Positions 25,613 to 37,775 of a DNA stretch of 64,000 bases are shown piece after piece. The position numbers and the translations under genes were made by a program. Below the pieces are notes generated by a model. The model made no database searches. It saw nothing but the letters and a program-made list of their open reading frames with translations, and had not been told where the DNA came from. Location: the NCBI RefSeq assembly GCF_004010195.1, contig NC_057719.1, positions 59,754,408-59,818,407 of the forward strand, given 5' to 3'. How positions within the stretch are numbered: position 1 is the first letter of the stretch; every line of letters begins with the position of its first letter. This stretch comes from Chiloscyllium plagiosum. Taxonomy: Eukaryota.

Positions 25613-27884
25613 CCAGTGTTGAGTATTATCCCAGTACCACTGGAAGCAGCTATTCATTGGCAGGTAAAATTTAATTGGTGCAACACAGTCTGATGGGCAG
25701 ATGTCAGGGATTGTGAGCTGGAGAATGAACTGTGGAGGCAGCCATTATCACTGGGAATTAAAGAGGATGGTGCACAAATATTGCTGGAGTTGGGAGATGA
25801 TGGGGGCTGGGTCGGGTAGTGGTAGTTGGGGAGTTGTTGAGTGGAAGTGAAGCATAGTGGAGGTTGAGAGGAAATGTGTATCATCAGGAAGGAAAAGCTA
25901 AGCAAGGCTTAGGACTTCCATAAACATCATGTGGGGCCCAGGGATATATTCAGTTTTCATTTGCCCCATAAGGAATGTTAATAAATATATTTACTCTGAA
26001 TTCTTTGGACTTCTCTGTTAATTCACACCAGGTTTTGCTGCTGGGTTAGGATCTGTGCAGACTGAGTTAAAGTTGCAATGGGGTGTTGATGCTATCAGGC
26101 TGCAACTTTTGAATATAAAGTAAGCCCTTCTCTGCCTGGGGCAGACAGCTCTCCCAGGCCTAAATTTTATTAAATTGACGAATGCGATGTGATTCTAAAC
26201 TCTCAATTTTAACAACACATCTGTCCCACTCACGCCAGAAGCACTGAGTTATGCTCCGGCCCATTACTGAGCAAAGTACTGTAATACTCTAACGAAATAG
26301 TATCATCCATCATCTGAGTCTAATTGTGGGTTCTTCTTTTACCAAGTTAGGGGTCCCTTAAAGGAACTGTCAGTTGAGAAATGCAAGGTTTATAAAGTAA
26401 ATGCTGTGAATTTCTTCAATTTCAAAACTTGTAACAATACCATTACCGTACAAACCTGAATATCCAAAGATGGCAATGAATATTAGCTTTGCGCATGCTA
26501 CATTTAATAAAACATGCAATCAAAGGGTATTATGTGTACCCAATAAATAAATACAATTTTAATGAGTATTTGGTTATAGGGAAGCCCTCCACCATAAACA
26601 ATTGCACTTGAATCATTTAACTGGTCGGCTATAATAGCACATCTGGGAACTATGATTTAACAAACTGAATTACATAACTAACCAAGCGGTTTGAGCAATA
26701 CAGCTAATAAAACAAGTAAGCTTACTACTACTGATGTTACTATATATTAGAACACATAAGTCCAATGAAACTGAATGATAAATTCAAAGCATATGTCACT
26801 TTACATTGCTGAAGGTATTGATTCCGTTTTGCAGACTTGCTATGTATTTCCACATTGCACTTCGAGAATACGTCCTTTATCAAATAATTGGACAGGTGTA
26901 CTGACCTTTACAACCACAATCAGGAACTCCAGCATCTAAGAGCTGAAACTAATGATTACTAGACACTCTCAGCAGTCATGGTATAAATGACTATTATATT
27001 GGCCATGATAAAGTAGATATGCCACAAAGCTGCATGTGTCCCTGTCAGCTTTTAAGTAAATTATGGAAAAGAATAATGACTAATATCTCTTTTTTCTATT
27101 ATTAATAGACCTACAGAGAATCCAAAACCTGTATCTGGAAATGCTGGACAAAAGCGAGATTTAACTTTGTCTTATAAGCGCCCCTCTCTATTCCCCAAAT
27201 CATGCATTATAAATTTTATTAACTCTTAACACACCACCAAGCAGTTTCAAATATGTATTCAAAGGGATTTGTAGTTGACAATATATATTACAATGTAATC
27301 TGATATGAATGGGATTGATTATGATTATTAAAGATATTAAAACTAACATAATAAACTCTAAGCTGAACACAACAGTATTTATGTATATACCCTGTATAAC
27401 TATACTTCTACTGAAATTTTGTTACACAAATCTATAGTGAAGCTGTAATCTGTAATGGGTCTAATTATTGCTCCAAGATTTTTACAGAAGAATCTATGTT
27501 TATTGATCATATCTTTATATGAAGCAAGTATTCATTTCTAAAGCTAGATCATATCTTAAATTATATTTCTGCTGTTAGCTTGTTCTGCTCAGTACAAACT
27601 AATGGTACCAGTTAATTTTCAAACTGTTATTCTGAGGAGAATCTCACAGGTAAATACTTTTTATTTGTTCCATTATTAGCAAATCCAAGCTCATTGTGGC
27701 AGCTGAGTCATATTCAATTTTGCCACAAGAATACAGGGCACTGCCTGTCAATTGTAAACCAGTCCTAGGTAGGTAAGGAGCCACAAAAACATTCATGTTT
27801 ACAGCACTGAAGGAAGATTGCATTTGACATGAGACGTTATGAAAGCAATCCAAAATTAATCCCACTACTTTGGTATCTCCTCAT

Positions 27885-28012
27885 CTCCTGAAGAAGGGCT
27901 CATGCCCGAAACGTCGATTCTCCTGCTCATTGGATGCTGCCTGACCTGCTGCGCTTTTCCCGCAACACATTTTCAGCTCTGATCTCCAGTATCTGCAGTC
28001 CTCACTTTCTCC
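27885..28012 (+). mobile_element. Solo 128-bp Neptune-type PLE terminal unit with TSD
   Basis: Matches the PLE 3' end at 47578-47708; flanked by TATCTCCTCAT (27874-27884) and TATCTCTTCAT (28013-28023). Confidence 0.85.
27886..27917 (+). ncRNA. Minimal hammerhead ribozyme motif, core intact
   Basis: CTGAAGA, A, GGGC/TCAT/GCCC helix II, GAAACGTC; helix I is only ~2 bp at this junction. Confidence 0.7.
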
Positions 28013-28084
28013 TATCTCTTCATAAGTCTGTACCTTCCTTGTTTCAAACTATTCTTTTAACTATGTCCCCCGATAATCATTTAT

Positions 28085-28235
28085 AAACAAAAACAGTAAA
28101 AATTGCTGGGAAAGCTCAGCAGATCTGCCATCATTCTGTGGTAGAATAATTTCTCTCCACAGATGCTGCTGGAACTGCTGAATTTTTCCAGCAATTTCTA
28201 TTTTTGTTTCTGATTTCCAGCATCAACAGTTCTTT
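28085..28235. mobile_element. Fold-back pair of Neptune-type PLE terminal repeats
   Basis: Arm 28085-28146 is an imperfect reverse complement of arm 28151-28209, with almost no spacer. Confidence 0.7.
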
Positions 28236-30009
28236 CAGTTTATGTCAATGATCATTTGCTTTAACAATGCCATGTGGCCAAATTTTCCAACGTCCAAGAT
28301 GTTTTTTGAGCTTCTCTCCTCACTCCCTTTGTGATAATTAAAAGTTTGAGTAGCCACCATCATTGAACCCTCACTCCTGCTCCTACCTCCTGTCAGCACC
28401 ACCTCACAGGATAAATGCATTTCCTTGGTCACCCTATCATTGCTGTCATTTTTGAGAACCACTTATAAGTTTAATTTTACTTCAATGACTTTTCAAATTT
28501 GTATGAGAGGAGATTCCAACTTGGCATTTTTTGCAAAAAAACAAAGAGAAGTAAAGGAAATTATTTTTATTGATCTTTTTAATCACTAGCCACTGTTCAA
28601 GGGGAAGAACCATGAATTTAGAAGCAGTTGTCAATTTAAGAAAACTTTATTCAGTTCAAACAAGTTTACTTTTTACTGAGATAAATAACTTTTTACTTAG
28701 ATCACACCCCACATGCAGTAACTGAGCAATGTCTTTAAAAAGACAAGCTACATAAACAGTTCTATCTCTGCAGCTCGAAGTCTTACTGTACTTCATACAA
28801 CTACTGAAAGAAGAAACTGAGTAAGTACACCAAAGTGATAGAAATAGAAGGATAAGGTAATAAGGTAAGATTAAGTAAGCTAGAAGGAGTCATATACATC
28901 ATGATACATCATTCGGCCCAAGTGACTTTTCAGTACTGAATGTAATTCTATTAAAAACCAATGAGAAAAATTGCTGGTGTATCATCTTCTTATTTCATGG
29001 GAATATGTGTATTGATACAAGGCCAGACTTATGATCCCCAGGGGGACCAAAACATTTTAAAAAGTAAATTTTGAATTTCTAGTTAATGGGTCAAAGGAGG
29101 AAATGACAGGATTTCACATTTTAAAATTTTTACTGTAATAAACTAAAAGTACTAATGAGTAAACATTTTTGGTGTGTGCCAGTAATAATTTAAGCCACAG
29201 AAAATAACTTGTCCCTTTTGCCTTTAACTCAACTGAAAAACCCACTTCCCAGATGAACTTTGCACTGTCTCTTAAGTAGACATTCAACTCTCCCGGATCC
29301 TTTCAAAGTGATTTTTAGTTTTTGCGGATTTACATCAGCTCCTTTTCATTCCCAGCTTGGTAATTTTGAAACCTAGAACTGGTTTTCACAATGATGGTAT
29401 TTCCTGGTGACTGTTTCTCTGGTGGAAGCTAGGCAAATTATCCAGCTTTGTTTGAAATCCTCATGAATTTTGTCTTTTTGTCTTGGTACCTGCTGCAACC
29501 CAAACTTCTGAGCAATGGATAGTAGAGTGTTTCAGCCTCTGCTTTCTTCCTCTCCTGTAGATCCTGGCTGTCTCTTCTCTGGGAGATTCAGAAGTATTCT
29601 CTGGGAAAACCTGTAACACTGTCTTACAATGGCATAATAAGAACTTGCCCTCCTCCCAAAAACCATCTCCACAGCAACATGAACCACATGAGCCTAATAT
29701 GTAGGTATTAGCTATACTTTAGATTCCATTTCTCTTCTACCATAGAAATAACCTTGTGCTTGATATTCTTGATATTCTCAATAGCTTTCTGGGAATTTGG
29801 AAACTATTTCTCCACCTACTATGAACACAGGTGCTGTTGCCATTATCTCCAAGTATAAACACCTTAGACCTCCCTTCCTTTGAATCATCCTGGGCCTCCA
29901 TCTATAACAGCCATGTTACTCAGGCCAGTTGTGATGCTATTGTGGGAACAGGCACCTGTGCCCATCAATTTTAGCCTAAAACATAACAATCATATACACC
30001 TCATATTAA

Positions 30010-31320
30010 AAATGTTTGCTTATCCTGAATTTCCAATGAGAAGGTGATGGTAAACCATCTTTTAAACTGCTGCAGTCTTCCTGCTGATGGCAGAGCTACA
30101 GGAGTATTATGAACAAAGTTTTAGGATTTAAACTCAGCAATATTGAAGGAATGGTGTTACAATTCAAAGTCAGAATTGTAATTTGTTGCAATTAGTTGTG
30201 TTCCTATGTATGTATTGCCCTTATCATTCCAGATAATGGAAGTTGTGGGTTAGGAAGCCTATCAAAGAAGTTTTGTTCATTTGGTCAATGATACCACCTA
30301 CGATGTTGATGGTGGAGGAAACATTGATGGCAATGCCATTTGGTTACATTCTCTCTTACTGGAGATAACCATTGCTTGGTACTTGTGTGATGAAAATCTT
30401 ACTTGCTGCTCATCAGCCCAAGATCAACTGATTCAAAGGTCTTGCTGCATTCAGACATGAACTACTTCAGTATCTGACATATTATGAGTGGTGCTGAACA
30501 TTGTGCAATCATCAGCGATCATCCCTACTCTGTTCTTACAATGGAAAGAAAGTCATTGGTGAAGCATTTGAAAATGCTTGGCTGGGACACTATCCTAAGG
30601 AATTTATGTAGCAATTTCCTACAGCTGAGATGATTGGCCTCCAAAAACCATATCCGTCTTCCTTTTGTGCTTGGTACGACTCCTTTTGTGCTTGGTACGA
30701 CCTTTCTCTTGATTCCCATTAACTGCAGTTTTATTTGAGCTCCTTGATGCAGCCTTTGTGAAGTGCTGCCTTGATCTCAAAGGCTGTCAGCCTCAGTTCA
30801 ACATCTGAGTTCAGCTTTTTTAACCATATTTGGATGTAAATGGATTTGAGGTCAGGAGCTAAATTACCTTCTTGGAACAGTAACCTAGCAGGTTATTGCT
30901 GTGTAAGGCGATGTTGTTCCCAAATTCACCTGCTCCCCTTGCCACTCTAGATAATGCAGTTATGGTATGATGAGCCTGATAAGGGAGGCTTTGTGAGTTA
31001 CAACAGTGCACCTTTCCAATATTATGCACTGCTGCCTTTTTGTATGTGTGTTGGAGGGAGTGGATATTTAAGATGATATGATGGATTGCTGATCATGTGG
31101 TCTGCTTTGTCTTAAATGGTATTAAGGTTTTGACTATTGTTGAAGTTGCACTCATCGAGGCAAGTGGAGGGTATTTCATTATATTGTGACTTGTGTCTTG
31201 TGAATGTTAGATAGGCTTTGGAGATTCAGGGGTTGAGGCATTCATCTTGGAATTCTAAGCCTCTGGCCCATTGTTGTAGCCATAGTATTTATGTCACTGG
31301 TATAGATCAATTGCTGGTTA
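30010..31320 (-). mobile_element. Decayed pieces of the same CR1-group LINE as 24545-25612
   Basis: GGTGCTGAACATTGTGCAATCATCAGC...GAAAGTCATTGGTGAAGCA and GGAGGGAGTGGATATTTAAG parallel 25310-25400 and 24865-24890; includes a 21-bp tandem repeat at 30660-30701. Confidence 0.75.
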
Positions 31321-32319
31321 ATATCAAAATCCAATTAGTCAAAACAATTTATAATGCAACAGAAAATGATTATTGTTGGTTGGCAAGTTCATTTTGATTG
31401 GCTGAGGAGTTGCCATGGAAATGTAAAAAAATGAACTTAGCCTTCTCAAGCTCCCAGTTATTTGAAAAAACACAAGTCTTGAACATATTCAGTTTCTTTG
31501 CAAAGAATGCTTCTGAATTTATAATTCTAATAAGCATAAAATGAGCAACATTATGAGCTTGACTGATTATCTTAACTTGGTTGTTAGTATAGTTATTAGC
31601 ACAGTCAACAAGTGCTACCCATACAAATTATATTTAACAGTAGGCCTTTTATGTTGGCTTTTGCAAGTGCTTGCTGGTTGAATATATGGTCTACATAACT
31701 GGCATTACACTGAAATTTGTGCACAATATTGCTTAATTGTAGAAACAGGCAGGGCACCTTTTGGACTGATGATAGGATCTTACTGGGGGCAATTCTGCTC
31801 GTGTAGCCACTGCTGAGTGGCAGTGTGAAATGATCTTCATAGCCATTAATTTTTGAGATATTTTGCCTTTACAGGATAATTTCAGGGAGATGGGACACTT
31901 CTCAGATCTGAATGTGATGGCCTTTGGCTTGTTTATGCAATACATTGTGCAAAATGAATGAATGTCCAGCTCCATGCATATTTCTGATATTTGGATGACA
32001 CATTCACAACCTTTGGATCTGTAACCATGTGTAAAGATTTCCACCTGAATCCACTCCATTGCATACTCAAATTCTGTTTCCAAATAGAGCTATCTAATGT
32101 GCTTTCTTTGAGTAGCCTGCGAGTTCTCTCTTCTTTTAACCAGCAGTGCTCTTATACAGAACTAAATGCTTCTTTTTCCCTTCATCAAATCACACTGCAT
32201 ATTTTTTGTCATCTATGAACCAACACCAGTGAATCACCCGTCATTAATTTACATGCAAAGGTGATTAAGGGCAATGCAGACCATCAAAGATGAGGGAGAG
32301 CGGGATGGGACTAAATCAA

Positions 32320-32580
32320 AATGGAGGTGCGGATGAGTTCTCCACTACTATCTATTATTTTGGGCAACTGCATTCTTATATTACAATTCTGACACACAAT
32401 TAGATGGAAACTCCATTTCACAGCTACAACTCCATCCCTTATATTTATGCCATCATTAAAACCTCCTATTTCTACCTGTGCTCCATCTCTGCTCAGCTCT
32501 GCTGCTGAATCTCTCATTCATGCCTCTGTCACTTCCGGATCTGTGTTCCTGCTAATTTCTTTCTGCATGGTACTCAAAAT
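32320..32580 (+). mobile_element. L2-type fragment
   Basis: CATCTCTGCTCAGCTCTGCTGCTGAATCTCTCATTCATGCCTCTGTCACTTCC (AAExLIHAxVTS). Confidence 0.6.
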
Positions 32581-34632
32581 CCGTGTGCAGCAGTGACTTG
32601 TGCAATGGGAAGTCAGTGCTGTGAATGGTATCTCATGCTGATCACCATATCGCAGCTTAGCGAGAACATTGGACCTGACTCTGCCAACACACTCCCAGCT
32701 GGTACTGTCCAGCTTTTCCGCAGCCTTTCCTTTCCTCTGTTGCCTTGACATTTAGGCAAGAAGATTCACCACATCTTTGGCCCATTTGCCTACAGGGTCA
32801 ATGAGCACCACAACACAGCAGGCTTCCTCCATCCCAGCTGTGGAACCTGGGACTCAACTGAGACACACTGGGAGAGAAGGAAGAAAACCTATTGAGGCCA
32901 CATGGGAAGAAGGCTTTTCTGTAAACAGTAGGTTATCCATAAATATTCATGATGTTAACTTTCTATCATGTGGCTGAGAGCCTCTCATGTGTAAATGTGT
33001 GTTTACACTATCTGGAAACAGGGGGACCAAGATATACACATGGCATTTGGTCTTGGTGAAAACTTTGCACCTCCTCATTCAACATCCCGAATGTGTGGTT
33101 CCTTCTCTGTGTAAAAAGCACAGATGTTCAAGATTGGTCTGGCAGGGGCTCTGCCAGAGAGGTGCAACATACAGAGAGTGTTTCAGGGTGGCCAGGTTGG
33201 ACATTGCATTACCTTGTAACCAATGTTTTCTTTCAACAGCCCTGTGACCGATGATTGCAGCATTGCCCTTGCTGGCAGGTCAGGTCACTTACCCTACCCT
33301 GTCTGAGTGTACTCATAGCCAGTCTCATCCCCATTCCCCCCCTGAGGTTGACAGAGAGTGTCCTCAGCCAGTGGCTTCCAGCCTCATCCTAAATGTGTCA
33401 GTGAGCTCCTTGACATCCACAGCCTCTTCAAAGTAGCCCAATCCATACAACTTACAGGTTTCCCACTTGCATAAGTGCCCCCATAATCCATCTACACTTT
33501 CCCATCGAGACTGAGCTATATGAAGTGACCATTCACTGTTAATACCTTGAAGTCAGGATACTCCTGTCCATGAACACTCTCACCTCCTGCATTATGCCCT
33601 TCCCAGCAATGTTTTATGGTATTATTGCAATGTAAGTCCTTCTGCCTGTCTCCACAACTGTACTGCATCCTTTCCCAGAGTCTGCAGCCCTTAGACTCGA
33701 TGACAAAACTGCTGCGGCTCATAGCCATGTGACAACCAAACTTGACTACTGCCTCTTCATCTGTGGATGGACCTGATGGACTGACTGTGGCCTATCCCTC
33801 AACCAACATTAGTGGACAGCCCTGCACAAGATGTGTCTTGCCCCCTGACTGGGGCCGACATATTTTCCTCTCTAACCCTATTCTTGGATTTGGTGCTATG
33901 AAGCCAACAGAGTGGCTGTGGCCTGCTCCCTGGACTGAAGAGTCATGGGCCCTCTGACTGAGCCCCCCCACCGACTAAAGCCTAATCATAACCAATGTGA
34001 GTTAACCTACTGACTTTCAGATGCCTTCATGGACTTTGGTGCAGTCTGATCCCCTAAAGACTTTGAGAAATGGCTTATTCTTACATGCCTAGGCTGCTGG
34101 CAAATGGTGTGGGTGTGAGATTGATGGAACACACTGTATAGCAAAATCCACATTCCCTTGACTGAGGACTGCTTAGCAGCAAGGCAAACTCCCTGGTTGT
34201 GTGACTGTACTTACTTGGCACGTCAAGGCAAGGCAAGGCAGAGATACTACGAGCATGCAGGTAGACGCTAAGTGAACGCGCACTATGACAGCAAGCAAAC
34301 ATCCTTAGATGCAACCTGGTTCAATCTGAAAGTTGGGTGGACCTGCTGTAGCATTTCAATGGTGGTTGCTGGTGCCCCTACAATGTAACTCTGTGCTTCC
34401 TGACCCCACTGGCAGTGAGTAGTAAAAGTGTCAGTATGGTTGTGATGGATTAGCTGGATTTGGATGCCAATGTCCATTGAGGAGGAACACATTTGATACT
34501 CAGCTCTTAACCATGGATTGTGCTCTGAGATGTTTTTGCCTGGTGTCCACTTGGAGATCACTGGAACAAGTGGTGAGCTAAACTCAGCAAGTATGTGAAA
34601 CAAAAACCGAAATTGCTGGAGAAACTCAGATA

Positions 34633-35248
34633 CTGCTGAAACTTTATTGCTGGAACAGCACAGCAGGTCAGGCAGCATCTAGGGAACAGAAGATTCGACG
34701 TTTCGGGCACATGCCCTTCTTCAGGAATGAGCAGAGAGTGTTCAGCAGGAGAAGATAAAAGGTAGGGAGGAGGGACTTGGAGGAGGGGCGTTGGAAATGT
34801 GATAGGTGGAAAGAGGTCAAGGTGAGGGTGATAGGTCGGAGTAGGGTGGAGGCGGAGAGGTCAAGAAGAAGACTGCAGGTCAGGAGGGCGGTGCCGGGCT
34901 GGAGGGATCCGGCTGAGACAAGGTGGGGGGAGGGGGGATGAAGAAACTGGTGAAGTCCAAGTTCATCCCCTGTGGTTGGAGGGTTCCCAGTCGGAAGATA
35001 AGACGCTCCTCCTCCGACCGTCGGGTTGTTGTGGTTTGGCGGTGGATGAGTCCAATGACCTGCATATCCTCGGTGGAGTGGGAGGGGGAGTTGAAATGCT
35101 GTGCTACAGGGTGATTGGGTTGGTTCGTCCGGGTGGCCCAGAGGTGCTCTCTGAATCGCTCCGCAAGTAGGCGGCCTGTCTCCCCAATATAGAGGAGGCC
35201 ACACCGGCTGCAGCGGATGCAGTAGATAATGTGGGTGGAGGTGCAGGT
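34633..35248 (-). mobile_element. Young 5'-truncated Neptune-type PLE (GIY-YIG endonuclease and terminal repeat)
   Basis: Open frame FTCTSTHIIYCIRCSRCGLLYIGETGRLLAERFREH...HPVAQHFN...LGTLQPQGMN (GIY-YIG with CCHH); 12-bp TSD GAAACTCAGATA at 34621-34632 and 35249-35260; CpG retained. Confidence 0.92.
34693..34728 (-). ncRNA. Minimal type I hammerhead ribozyme motif, intact
   Basis: The reverse complement reads ATTC-CTGAAGA-A-GGGCA-TG-TGCCC-GAAACGTC-GAAT: 4-bp helix I, perfect helix II, full core, predicted cleavage after GUC. Confidence 0.8.
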
Positions 35249-37070
35249 GAAACTCAGATAGTCTGACAACATCTGTGGAGAGAAAGCAGAGCCAACTTTT
35301 CAGGTCCAGTGACATATCTTCAGAAAGGATTGTAGCTAGGAAAGGGTGATATTATGTTGAAGGCAGCAGATGGATGAAAGAGTGAGCAGATAGGTAAAAG
35401 TGGAGGCCAGGAAGAAAGAAAGACAGTTGCACACACAAAAGCATAGATAATGATAAACCAGAGAGAAAGAAAAACTGTTTCTGGGGACCATTAGTGAGTG
35501 AAAATGGGTTGGCTGTGATGAAAACAGCCCATGTCATGACAGGGCCTGAGATGTAGGAGTGGGTAAAGGGCAAAGAGGAGGTGTTCAGGCTCTAAAATTA
35601 TTGAATTTGATACTGAGTCCCCGAAGGCTGCAGAGTTCCCAAGTGGAAAATGAAATGTTATTTTTCTACAAGCCTGAGATGGAGGGAGCTCTGGTGTGTT
35701 AAAATGGCAGACAACAGGAAGTTCAGGGTCACTTTTGCAGACAGAAGGCAGGTGTTCTGCAAAGCGATCGCCAAGCCTGAGTTTGCTCTCCCCAACTTAG
35801 AGGGCACTACATTGAGAGCAGTGAATACAGTTGACCAGATTGTGTGCAGTGCGGGTAAATCAGTGCTTCATGCAGAAGGTGTGTCTGGGGCCTTGGATAG
35901 TAAACAGGCAGATGTTATATTTTCTGCGAGAGCATGAGGAGGTGCTGTGGAGAAGTGTTGGGAATGAAGGAGGGTGTCCCAGAGGGAACTGTCCTTGAAA
36001 AATATTGACAAGGGAGGGGAATATGCGTGTGGTGGTTGCAACCCACTGGAGGTGGAGAAATTGTAATCCTTTGGGATGTGGATGCTAGTGGGGTGGAAAG
36101 TGAGGACCAGCAGGGTACATGCTCTGATTTCACTGTTGAGTTTTTCCAACGTCAAGCTTGTTTGGCTCGTTTGGTAAGATGGGATCCTGACTATTAATGA
36201 GGTGAGAGATGGTGTGAATACAGTGTTTAACAATCCGTAATGATTCATTTGGCATCTTGCTGCTGCCTAGTGAGAATCTCACTCTGATGCTTGTAAAAGG
36301 ATAAATGATAGAGCGAAATGCTCCTGACTTCAAGATAGGTCACGCTGGATTTCTCATTCAATTCTTCCACAAATTGCGGCATAGCTCAGCTCACTCAAAC
36401 CCCTATAGATTTTGCCCTTATTGTCATTCTATATTATTCATTGCTTCATAATGTTTCTGTGAAGTACTTTTAACTTTTCATTACACTAAAGGTGCTACAT
36501 AAATACAACTTGTTTGTGTTCACAACTTCACTATGAAATATCATATAAGCCAGTCTTAAAGTTCAGGGCAAAATATTTGTTTGTGTTTGCTACATTTTGT
36601 AGATATGAAGGAGAATATCTGAAACACAAGAGATTTCCAAAATAATCGTTGCCATCATTCCTGTCATTAATAGCCATTTGAGATTTGACATATACCAGAA
36701 GATGTTTTCTTTGAATGTATTGTGCAAATTTTCCTTTTTTAAAGCAAGAATATTTAAGATATTGCTTTCAGTGAATGTTTCTTCTTATAATGTGAAGAAA
36801 TAATGTTTTCAATATCCCTTTGAATTTCCTTATCCTTCTCATGTATCAGGCTTTCATGGTATTCAATTCATTTTGCGATTAACTTATAGATGAGAATGAA
36901 AATGCTCATCCTGTGTTTGACCAGGGATCAATAGGATCAAAGGCGTTTGGGGTTTTCAGCATGGGGATTAATGACAGAAGAAGCTGCAAAAAATGACCGT
37001 CATTATTCATGTTTCTAACTTTAATGCCAGTGCAATCTTAACGTCCTGATTATTTCTGTTTGCCTTCTAG

Positions 37071-37195
37071 CAACTGAGTATCACATGGAAGTGTACTATC
37101 CAAAAGTACCCAGCAATGAATACTACAGTGATCTGCCTGTTAAGGACATTTCTAACCTTCTTCTGTGTGTGTGGACCGTGCTCACTGAAGTGTGA
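37071..37195 (+). other. Candidate terminal exon of an unidentified transcript
   Basis: CTTAAC branch-like motif, TATTTCTGTTTGCCTTCTAG acceptor, 40 open codons to TGA, AATAAA at 37264; no homology recognised. Confidence 0.3.
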
Positions 37196-37559
37196 ACCCC
37201 ATTACTGAAGAATGATACAAGAATGATAGGTGATTTAGTCATGAACAAGTGAAAACAAGGATCAATAAAGCACATACAAAGTGATCCATTTTTTGAGTTT
37301 TCAGTTATGATAATATTGACAATGTCTGGCAGATGTGGCAAATACATGTGACATTTATAGATGCATCTTTTACATGTTGTATGTATATGTCCTCACTATG
37401 TTATAGAAGAGCAAACCTACATCAATCATCCATATTGAATAACATTGTAAAAGCAGGATGCTTTGGATTCACCGTGGTGATGTTTCTCATGTAAGCATGT
37501 TTAAGCTCAAGTACCCATATTTTTCAGATATTTGCCACTCCACAAAAGATTAATAAAAA

Positions 37560-37772
37560 TGAAACAACTTGCATTTATATAATATATTTCAGGCATAGCT
37601 TCAGGCATTTCACAGCAAATGAAGTACAGTAGTTTTAAAGTGTTGACACAATTGTAATGTGAGGAAAAGTGACAGTCAATTTGTCTCTAAACAGCAAGAT
37701 AAATGACCAGATGACTGTAATCTGTTCTTAGTGGTGGGAGTGGTCAAGAACTGTGCATTAGCCAAGGCACCC
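37560..37772 (-). mobile_element. Deu-domain SINE (SacSINE1-like) 3' fragment
   Basis: AACAACTTGCATTTATAT...CACAGCAAATGAAGTAC...ATAAATGACCAGAT is the reverse counterpart of 58300-58468. Confidence 0.6.
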
Positions 37773-37775
37773 AAA

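Larger units (their letters stand above)
34598..36120 (-). mobile_element. Older Neptune-type PLE (decayed RT/GIY-YIG C-terminus plus terminal repeat), host of a nested copy
   Basis: The reverse complement of 35585-35660 encodes HFIFHLGTLQPSG...FNNFRA; 35960-36120 gives LVLTFHPTS...DSSLWDTLLH; a degenerate HHR lies at ~35292-35325. Confidence 0.75.

Noticed and set aside
32580..34560. Possible Harbinger/PIF remnant (also 38450-39200 and the GGGCTGAATTTT end at 9316)
   Set aside because: Only vague resemblance; no DDE motifs or paired terminal repeats could be confirmed by eye.
34668..35315. 215-aa ORF, the longest in the window
   Set aside because: Alternate frame of the GC-rich PLE; the meaningful frame is the GIY-YIG one.
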